This document shows positions 18,201 to 30,200 of a stretch of 64,000 nucleotides of DNA, piece after piece. Made by a program: the position numbers and the translations under genes. Below the pieces are notes generated by a model. The model was not told the DNA's origin. It did not search any database and saw nothing but the letters and a program-made list of their open reading frames with translations. The stretch's first letter is position 1; every line of letters starts with the position of its first letter. The DNA comes from a virus, in the IMG/VR virus record IMGVR_UViG_3300020172_000530, positions 1 through 64,000 of that record. One strand, 5' to 3'.

Positions 18201-21200
18201 ATTTGTCTGACATGTTTGGATACGCTGGTTCTACTAGATTAGAATATTTGGTAGAAGACGGTAGATTTCAAAGAATATTTTCTATTTCTCGGTCTTTTAG
18301 TTTAGATACTTTAAGTAATCAAGCTGTGTATGTTTATAGAAATGGACAGCAGTTAATTGAAGGCATAGATTATATATTTGAAAACAATGATGTTTTCTTC
18401 ACCATCATAGGAGAACTTAATGATGATGATATTATTGAAGTCTACGAGTACGAGACAACAGACGGAAGTTTTTGTCCGCCTACGCCTACAAAATTAGGAT
18501 TATACCCTAAGTTTAAACCTAGTAAGTATATAGATGACACGTACTTAGAGCCCAGGGAAGTTATACAAGGACATGACGGTAGTATCACTTTTGCCTATGG
18601 TGATTATCGAGATGACTTATTGCTTGAACTTGAGTTAAGAATTTACAATAATATTAAACAAAAATATGATCCGTCAATATTTGATATTTGGAGTTTTATT
18701 CCTGGCTATAATAGAAAAACTAATTATACCAAAGAAGAATTCGAGCGTGCGTTAAGTCCGAGCTTCTTCCAATGGACAAGTAATATTAATCAAGATTTTA
18801 CAAAACAAACTTATTGGGACAGCACACAACCATTTACATTTAACTACAGAGATAATTATTATCCAGATGGTACAGATAGTCAAGCGTTTTGGAGAGGAAT
18901 CTACTGCTGGTTATTTGATACTGATAGGCCTCACACTGATCCTTGGGAGTGTTTAGGATTCAGTGTTCAACCAACGTGGTGGCAAGAAGTATACGGTGCT
19001 GCTCCTTATACTAAAGACAATCAATTGTTATGGGAAGATTTGTCGCAAGGCATTATAAGAGAACCAGGAAAGCCGCCAAGATATCATGAAAAATTTGCTC
19101 GACCTTTATTAGCTAACAGCGCACCGGTTGACGAGTTAGGCAACTTAATCAGTCCTTTAAATTCAAATTATGTATCCGGCCCAATTAAATCAACGCCAGA
19201 AGGTTTTTATTCTTTTGGAGACAGAAGTCCTGTTGAAACTGCTTGGCGTAGAAGCAGTTACTATCCGTTTGCTTTAATAAAAACAATTTTACTTTTATAT
19301 CCTAATATTATGATGTCGGTTGGGTTTGATAGAAGTAGACAAGTTAAAAATAATACTAATCAGATTGTATATTCTCCATCTGGATTGAGAATCAGGTTGT
19401 CTGATATAGTTATACCTTCTACAGTTAATGATGCTACGAGAATTTTCTCTTCCGGGCTAGTAAATTATATTGTTGAATATGCCACATCCGATGTTACATT
19501 TAAAATAACTAATTACCAAGAAGATCTTCGATTACTTACAAATAAAATCTCTCATAAGCTAGGAGGATTTACAAGTAAAACTAAATTTAACATACTGTTA
19601 GATAGTAAAAATCCTACAAGCTCTGGCGGAGTCTTTGTGCCAGATGATAATTTTAATATTTTCTTAAACACATCTAGTCCTGTTAAAAAGTTAGCATACA
19701 GTGGTGTAGTTGTTAGCAGATATTCTGATGGGTTTGAAGTTAGAGGTTATAATTTTGACGAACCATTTTTCACTTACTATTCTTATAGACAAAATGAAAG
19801 AGTTATCAGAGTAGGGGGTATCTCAGAAAGTTATGTAACTTGGGATTCTAATAAAACCTATGTTGCTGGAAAAATAGTTCTAAATGGAAATGTATATTTT
19901 AGAACTAAAATTACACACCAGTCAGGCGATGTGTTTGACGATACGTTATTTGCTAAACTTCCAGGACTGCCTATGACTGGCGGCGCAGAAGCAATTTTAA
20001 GAAAGAGCTGGGATACAAGTCAAGAATTATTTTTAGCTTACGGTACTAAACTGGCTACTATACAAGAAGTTATAGATTTTTTACAAGGATATGGAACGTA
20101 CTTACAAGAGCAAGGCTTTGTATTCGATCAATATAACCCAAAAATTAAGTCTGTTACAAATTGGGAAACTAGTATTAATGAATTTTTATTTTGGACTACA
20201 CAGAATTGGGGCGAAGGATCTGCTCTATCGTTAAGTCCTGCTGCGTCTAAGTTAGTGATAAAAAGCGACAGAGCAGTTGTTGATGATATACGAAATGCGT
20301 TTTATGGTTATAAAATATTTAAAGTAGATGGACAACTATTAGGACCAGAATTTGTAAGTACCTTTAGAGGCGACAACGAATTTTCAATAATTCCTCAAAA
20401 CACTGTTCATGGTATTTACGGAGGAATTTTTTATCTAGTTCAGAAAGAACATGTATTATTATTAGATAACACAACTTTATTCAATGATGTAATTTATGAT
20501 CAAGAACCGGGTTATAGACAAGAGCGTATTAAAATTATTGGTTATATAACCACAAACTGGAATGGAGGACTGTCTATTCCAGGATTTATATTTGATCAAG
20601 CGTATATCAATGATTATCAATCGTGGACAGATTATAATTTAGGGGACATAGTAAAATATAAAGAATATTATTATAGTGCCTCAAAATTTGTTGTAGGTAC
20701 CGAAACGTTTAATTCAGAAGATTGGGTATTATTACGTGAAAAACCTACACCTAAACTAATACCAAATTGGGATTACAAAGCTGAGCAGTTTACAGATTTT
20801 TATGACTTAGATACAGATAATTTTGATAGCGAACAACAAAGAATGGCTCAGCACCTTATTGGCTATCAAAATAGACAATACCTCGAGAACATTATTAAAG
20901 ACGATGTTAGTCAATATAAATTCTATCAAGGTATGATTATAGAAAAAGGAACTCAGAACGTTTTAAATAAATTATTTGACGTTCTTAGTGCTGATAATCA
21001 AGAAAGTTTAACCTTTAACGAAGAATGGGCTGTGCGTGTTGGAGAGTACGGCGCGAGCGGAGTTTATGAAGAAATAGAATTTAAATTAGATGAATCTAAA
21101 TTTAGAATTAATCCACAACCGATACAATTACTAACTCAAGCTCCTGATTCTAATATAGACTTAATTTATAGAATTACTTTAGGGGAAGTACATGTTAGAC

Positions 21201-24200
21201 CACTAGGATATAACAATAATCCGTGGCCTACTTTAGGAATGAAAAAAGCACTACGATCTCCAGGTTATGTAAGATATGAAGATGTAAAAATTAATATTGA
21301 CACTCTTGACGAAGTACTTGATACTCCTATTGACGAGTTTGAGGAAGGCGATTATGTTTGGACAGCATTTGAAAACAGAGATTGGAATGTATATAGATTT
21401 ACTAAAAATATCTTTCGTATAGAAGATGTGGAATATAGTGATGGCACGCTTACGTTACAGTGCGAAACATTTCCTGATGTAACAGCAGGTAGTATTATAG
21501 GAATAACCCACTCTGAAAAAATTAAGGGATTCTATAAAGTTGAATCCGTTTCGGCTAGGAAAATAATAATTAAAACAGTTGTTAAAGATTGGAATCCTCC
21601 ATTCGCTGATAGTTCCGAGATTCTCACTTATAAATTTACATCTAGTAGATTAGATTCGATAGATAATGCCAATGCGCAATTACCACCTTATATAAAAGAT
21701 AAAGAATTATTATGGGCAGATATTGGTAGTAAGAATTTATCATATAACGGAGTTGTTCCTTACACTGTATATTCCAATGAAAAAATATTTTTAAGAAATA
21801 CTTTAGAAAATACAGATCCAATGATTGATATAAAGTTTGGATCAAAAGTTTCATTGTGTAAAAACGGAAAATTTTTAGCTGTATCGACTGCTGCTAACGA
21901 AGTATACATTTATGAAAAATCACCAGCGACTGATGTATGGTACCAGCATCAATTAATTACACCTAATTTAAAATTAGCTAGTACAACTAATTTAAATTTT
22001 GGTGACGAGATAGCATTCAGCGCAGATGGAAAATGGTTAGCTATAGCTGCTTCTACTGCGTCTAATATCAAATCAAATTGGAAAGGAGATTTTTATAATT
22101 CTAATTCTTATGCGTTTGGAGATGTCGTACAGGTACGAAATACACACTTCAGTGCCAGACGTAGTGCGGTAGCTAATGATTTGTCCACTGTAGATAGATT
22201 CAGTCAAGACTGGGCGCCGACATATCTTGTGACTACAGAAGAATCAAAATCTGCTAGTTCTAATATTAATCAAGGATATGTAAATCTTTATCTAAGAACA
22301 TCAGGAGGAAACTATGGATTATTACACAGCTTTGTAAGCCCAACTCCGACTGCTGGGGAACTGTTCGGTTCTAAAATGACGTTTGCTCAAAACGGTAACG
22401 AGTATATTTTATCAGTTACTAGTTCGGGATATAACGAGAACCAAGGCCGTGTGTATATGTTTAGATACGCAGAGTTAGAAGAAGACAGTACACAATCCGG
22501 ATGGCACATGGATTATCGTAGATCTTATGTAGGAATTTTTAGCCCAGGTAAACAATATTATCCTGGCGATATAGTGTTTTATAATTATGAGCTGTATCAG
22601 TGTATAACAGAACAAGATCCTAATAGTTTCGAAGCAAATGCCAGCGGCTGGCAAATATTAGACGATACTAGTATATTAGGATATTTCCCACAAGATGTTG
22701 CTACTAATGTAACTGATGTAACTCCGATTGTAATTACGAACATTGTTCCTAACACACCGGTTACTACAGGTTCTATAAAATTTAGAAGAGCTACTATTTC
22801 TTATGCTACACAAGCAAGTGCCCCGTTTACAGCAGGTCAATTTATAGAAATAAGAAATGCCAATCCAGAAGTATATAATGGTGACTGGCTCGTTTATAGC
22901 GCATCTGCTACGCAAACAGTTATAGTGTGTCCATTTCCAAGATTTTTACCTGCTCCTAATATAACAGTTGAAGATCCATTATACAAGTATGTTGCCGGCG
23001 GCATATTAACTTTAGCTATAGTTTCACCAACACGAGAACAAAATGTAGAATCTGTATTACCTGGAGATTTATTCGGATATGATGTGTCTATGAGCGGCGA
23101 CGGTAGCAAACTAGTGATTAGTGCTCCTAACGCAGATCAAAATACATATAATAATTACAAAGGTAAATTTAGATCTACTGAGAAATACGATGTCAATGAT
23201 GTAGTATATTATACTGGTGGTGTTGATCCTGCAGGATACTATAGTTATAAGAAAATATTTGATAGTTCTATAGCAGGTACCTTTAATTCAGCAGATTGGA
23301 GATTACTGACTACTACACAGTTTAATAATACAGGCAAGATTTTTACTTACGAATACGACGGTGACGCATTTGTGTTAATTGATACATTGGGTGCTCAGAA
23401 CTTAAATCTAACTTATGAACAACGATTTGGAGAAAGTTTATCTGTTAGTGATTCTGGAAGTCATTTAGCGGTAGGGTCTACACTTTATTCTGCTGACTTT
23501 TCATTACAAGGATCAGTAAAAGTATTCGAAGCCTATTCCGGGTCTTGGGCTCCTTATCAAACTTTAACTAGTACTGTTCCAGGAACAAATCATAAATTTG
23601 GACACTTTGTGGAATTTATGAATGATTCTGAAACGTTAGTTGTTTATAATGTCAACGCAGATATTAAAAACGAAACTACATTTGATGATTCTTTAACTAA
23701 ATTTGATAATTCAACCTTACGAGTTATTGATTTACAAATATTATCTGGTAGAGTAGACATTTTTGACAAATATAATACAAATTACGTGTTCGGGGAAAGT
23801 CTAACTACAAATTCAACTAACGATTTTTCAGATGGTTATGGAAAGAGTATAGCTGTTGGTAGTAATAATATAGTAGTTTCTGCCGCTAAAGAACATAATC
23901 AAGGATACGAAGATGCTGGAATAGTATATTCTTACCGCAAGCCAGCTGGAAAAACAAGCTGGAGTGTCTTACATTACGAGCGTGCTAGACCAAATGTACA
24001 ACAAATTAAAAAAGCTTTCTTATATAATCGTCGAGAAAACATATTAATAAAATATCTTGATATAGTAGATCCAGTTCAAGGTAAGATACCTGGACCAGCA
24101 GATCAAGAGATTAAATTTAAAACTTACTACGATCCAGCTACGTACACGGTTGGCAATGCCAGTGTAAATGTAGACGATGGCATGTCTTGGACTAATACGT

Positions 24201-27200
24201 ATAATGGTATGCTATGGTGGGATTTAACCACTGCTAAATTTTTAGAGAATCAAGGAGGAGAGATTGTTTTCAGATCTACTACTTGGAATACTCTTTACGA
24301 AACAGCCAGCATAGATATTTACGAATGGATAGAAAGTAAACTACTACCTTCTGAAAGAGATAAAATTTCCGACACAGAAAAAGGATTAATATCCGGCATA
24401 AGCGGAAAGTCCAAATATGGTGATAGTGTATATAGTATAAAACAAAAATATGATACTATAAGCAAGACATTCAATAAAACTTATTATTATTGGGTCAAAA
24501 ATTCTACAATTGTTCCAAATAAAGAAGGCAGATTAATGTCTGCTGATTTAGTGTCAAGATTAATTTCTGATCCAAGAAATTATGGATATCCATGTTTAGT
24601 ATTATTAGGACCTGACAGTTTCAGTTTAGTGAACGTCGATAGTTACTTAGAAGATAAAGATGTGGTATTAAGTGTTCAATACTGGACAGTGGAAAATAAA
24701 GAGAACAATGCTCACACCCAATGGAAAATAATCAGTGAACATCCTAATACTGTTATCCCTTACGAAATAGAACAAAAATGGTTAGACAGTTTATTAGGCA
24801 GAGACAAGAACGGACGCACAGTTCCTGATTTAAAACTTCCAGTAAAACAACGATTTGGTATCGAAAATCGTCCAAGACAAAGTATGTTTGTTAATAGAAT
24901 CGAAGCACTCAAGCAATTTATTGAACGTGTTAACGCTATTCTTAAACCAACTTTAATTGTTGACGAGTTTGACTTAACACCATTAACTAAGCTAGAAGAA
25001 CCTCCTAGCGCAGTAAGTGGAGCATGGGATATAATAATCGACACTGACGAAGAATTTAGATTCGTAGGTACTAGTAATTTAGAGCAAATTAAATTATTGC
25101 CTGTTATTGAAGATGGTAAAATCGTAGATATAGAAGTCGCCCAGAGAGGAAAAGGATATGTTAATCCTCCAACTTCTGTTATTACAGGTAAAGGCAAGAA
25201 CGCAGAGATTCAAATTTATCTAAATGATACAGGCGGTGTAGAATCAGTTAGTATATTAAATCAAGGCTTCGGCTATAAATCAGATACTATTATTACTGTA
25301 AGACCTTTCAGTGTACTTGTTCAAAGCGATAGCGATAGTTACGATAAATGGAGTATCTATCATTTTAACAGAACAAATAGAAGCTGGACAAAAAATAGAT
25401 CACAAAGTTATGATGTAACGAAATTTTGGAATTACGCAGATTGGTATCTGTCAGGATATGATCAATTTACTAAATTTAATTACATAGTTGAAAATACTTA
25501 CGAATTAGCTTTCTTAGAATCTAATATTGGTAATATAGTAAAAGTCAAGAATGTGGGCACTGGTGGATGGATATTGTTCGAGAAATATAACGACGTAATA
25601 ACCACAGATTATACACAAAATTATAAAGTGATAGGAAGACAAAACGGAACAATACAATTTTTGGATCTTTTATATAATTTTAAAGGCCGCGCACAAGGGT
25701 TTGACGCACTGTTATATGACGCAGCACAGTATGATGCTGTTCCAAGTGCCGAATTAAGTATAATCTTAGATACTATAAAAACAAAATTATTAGTAGATAA
25801 TTTGAGAGTAGAATATCTCAAGTTATTTTTCTCTAACGTAAGATATGCGTTATCTGAGCAGCCATTTTTAGATTGGGTTATGAAAACCAGTTTTGTTAAA
25901 GCTACTCATAATGCTGGAGAATTACAACAGAAAACAAATTATAATAGTGATAATCTACAAGACTTTGAAAGTTATGTAAATGAAGTAAAACCTTATAGAA
26001 CTAAAGTAAGAGAATATATTAGCGGATATACTCGATTAGATAATGCTGCTCTTTCTGTAACAGATTTTGATTTACCTCCTATTATAGATGAGGATTATAA
26101 AATAAATCCGCTAACTGTAATGTTAAATGAAAATTATGCTATAAGTTCTTCATACAGTCAGTTATTAGATTATCCGTGGAAACATTGGTATGATAATGCT
26201 TCCTATTCTGTTGAAACTTTAGAATTAGTCGATGGAGGCAAAGGGTACATAGATCCTCCAGTAATAAACATTGTAGACGATTACGGAATAGTGACTTCGA
26301 CTAATACCTTACAATCTAATTTTGATGGTCCAAACAGCTTCTGGAATCTGGGTGAAGGTACTATGAAAGTAGTGGCTACAGGATTACCTTGCCATAGTTA
26401 TGGTATTCAAGATGCTGAAAACATAGCAACTGATCAAGATTATAGCCAAATACTACCGCTAAGAGGAGGCACTTATGCTGCCGGAATCCACGCAAGTATT
26501 CCTCAAGGCATAATTGGTTACTGGCTTAATGGTGTAGCAGTATTCAATCCTAGTGCAGGCGACACAGTACCTGAAGGCTTTGAATCTGTAATGGATTATA
26601 ATTTTAATGCTGCCTATGCCAGTGCTGAAGTTTTAGAATACAATTTTGGACATGACAGGGCTGGCGGACTTGTAACTGCTGACGGAGAATATTCTTACAG
26701 AGACTTCAGTTTTAAAGATGCTTGGTTATCGGGCATAGGGAATGACCTAGCAGATGTTAATAAAATAGATACAATAGAAATACCTTACTTGAGAAGCGGG
26801 TTTGAGCACGCCGACGGCCATAGTAAGATTATTGGATTCGCATTAGATGGTTATCCTATATACGGACCAGATGGATATAGTACTGCCACAGATCCTTCAA
26901 GCGGTATTGTAAGAATGACTTCTAGCTATGGATTACGAGTAGTTAGTTACAGGCCTCAAATACTACAAGATACATCAGTATATCCAATGGGTATATTCAT
27001 TCAGGACTACGAATATATAGGTAATGGATCACTTGATAAACACAACGGAAGATATTGTATAACTCCTGACTATCCAAATGGAACCTATGCCTACTTTGTA
27101 ACAACTACAAGCGCAGGCACTCCTGCTTATCCGTATGTAATAGGTCCTACATTCTTTGGAGATGCTGCTCCTCAAGACAGAAATGATGCTACTAACGGCA

Positions 27201-30200
27201 AAGGAACAGCACCAAGAACATACAATCTATATAACAGTAGTGCTATTCAAGCTACTGCAAAGGCTTATATTACTAATGGAAAAGTATCTAGAGTAGTGTT
27301 GACCACATCTGGGTCAGGATATCTTAAAGCACCTAGAGTAGTATTCGATGGCGGGCTAGATACGAATATAGAAAATTCTCCTGCTCAAGCAGTGGCCGTG
27401 TTAAAAAATAATGTAGTAAGGTCAAACAAGACTATTATTAAATTTGATAGAAACACAAGAAATTATTTTGTAACAGAATTAACGCAGGTTGAGAATTTTG
27501 TAGGAACAGGCAGTAGAAAGCAATACTCTTTAAGATTTAGTCCAATTTTAACTATAGGTCATACTTCAGTTAAAATCAACGGTAATGAAATCCTAAGAGA
27601 TGATTATGCTCTTTCCATCAAGAAATCTAATGTTAAAGGATTTACTACCTACTACGGAGTATTAACGTTAGAAACTGCTCCTGCTATAGGTGACGAAATT
27701 GAAATTACTTACGATAAGAATTTTGAACATCTAAATGCTGCTGACAGGATTAATTTTTATTACAATCCTCAAACAGGCCAACTAGGAAAAGATCTAGCTC
27801 AGCTAATGACAGGTATTGACTATGGAGGTGTTATTGTCAGCGGATTAGGACTTAGTATTGGCGGCGGCTGGGATAGCCAACCCTGGTTCAGTGAAGGATG
27901 GGACGGATATGATGTTGGGTTTACAGACTATATTGTGTCAGTTAGTGATAGCACTTATGTATTTGACTTGCCTTATGTACCTGCTGCAGGTGAGCAAATT
28001 AATGTATATGTCAATGGTGTAAGATTAGATGATGAGTATTTTGATAGCTATGACGGAGTCACTGTACAACCTAATGGAAGAACTACTGCTCCTGAAGGCC
28101 GAGCAATGCAGACTTGGGTAGGCGATGGAATTGATTTCACTATTGAATTACCAAATTTAACTAGTAATGTTCCTGTTGACATAAATGACGGAGATAAAAT
28201 AATTTTCCGTAAGAGTACTAGTGATGGAAGTATTAATCCGGATCCAAAGAGTTTTGATACACAACTGCAAGGCGGTAACTTAGGATATACGACAGCCACA
28301 GGATTTGCTCCAGATGACGTAGTATTGGACGGCGGCGGTAGATTTGTTACTCCTGATACTAGTCATGCTCCTGAGGAAATTGTACCTGGGCATATCACTG
28401 ATGCTCTAAATATTAAAGTTTTCTGCTTACCAAGTTCTGGGTCTTCTAAGATAATTTCTAAAAATTATATCTGCGATGGTATTACAACCCAGTTTAGTGT
28501 CGGACAATTTCCTAACAACACTGCAGGATTATTTGTTAATCTTGATAATCAAATTTTAAAACAAGATGTAGATTATACGCTGGATTGGCAAACAAAGATT
28601 GTTACCATGGTAACAGCGCCAGCAGATAAAAAAATTATTAATATAACCAGTTTTGGAACAGCTACTGAAAATCTTTTAGATTCTAATTTCTTTGTAGCAG
28701 ACGGAAGCACTTCTGATTATATTACCAATGCGCCTTGGCCACAGTTAGCTTTAGATGAAGACTTTCAACAGAGCATAGACAGATTAGGTTCTATTGTACT
28801 GGTAAACAATCAGACTGTTGAATATGAATTATTTAGAACAGACGAATCTTATGAAACTACAGGGTTTGTTGGAATAAGATTTCCAGCTCCGCCTCAAGAA
28901 GACTCTATAATAAATTATATAATGACAGGCGATGCTAATAGCACTATATCATTAATTAATTCCCAAGCACTTAATATAGACGGATCGTCTGTTTCATATA
29001 GTTTAGGAACGGTACCTGAAGGATATTCCAACCCTTATGAAAATTATATTTTAGTTGTATCTGACGGTAATTTATTAAGACCGGCAGAGTCACTTTATTG
29101 GAAAATGTCCGATAATGAATATGTGTATGAAATTCCAAATTATAAGGTACTGCCATTTACTTTGGATCCAAGTACTATTAAGGTTTATATTAATGGGGTA
29201 CAATTATCATCCTTGGATTATACGTTAAACAATTCTAATTTAACTATTGAAGTTAGAGATTTTGTTTACGAAGATGGCGCTATCTTAACATTAACCCGTT
29301 TTGAAGACACTGATTATACTATAAGTGGTAATAATATAATTTTTGACATAGCACCTACAAGCAATGTAGATGTGGTTACTTTCTTTAATCACTCAGTACA
29401 AAATATTGTTAGAAGTAGAGAATATTTTAATATAACTTCTGCGTTAGTTCCAGGAAGCACTTCTTATTACCAGTATCAGAGTATAAAAGGGGGTGCGTTA
29501 AAATTATTTAGACTAGTACAATCTGATGATTACATCTGGGTGGCTAAAAACAGGGAGTTGTTAGTTCACAGTGTAGATTATTATCTAGATGACGATCACA
29601 GAACGATTAAATTTAAAGATACATTTACAGATTCTGATGTAATTGATGTTATTTTATTCGGAGATAAAAACGTTACAAACAGCTTTGGATTTATGCAGTT
29701 CAAAGACATGCTGAATAGAACACATTATAAGAGAATAAGTAAAAACAAATCTACACGTTTAGCTAAAGATCTTAATCAGCGTGATTTGACAATAGAAGTA
29801 GAAAATGGAGCTGTACTTAGTGACCCTAACAGAGCACTAAATCTACCAGGAATTGTAGAAATAAATGGAGAACGAATAGAATATCTAACTAAAAATGTTA
29901 ATGTTTTAGGACAATTACGCAGGGCAACATTAGGCACAGGTAGCCCAGCAATACATAGAGTTACATCTGTAGTATTAGATATCGGCCCAACGGAAACGAT
30001 TCCGTACAACGACGAATTCATAGTTGAATCCAGCATCGGAGATAGTAATACCAAGAATATTGGATTAAGTTATGCTCCTACTAAAGTTAATACAGATTGG
30101 TATACTGAAACTATTCCTGCTAATTATGGACGTAGTGATGAACTCGAAGTGTTTGTTGGAGGGTACCGTTTAAAGAAAACTCCTTACAGCTTGTTTGATG

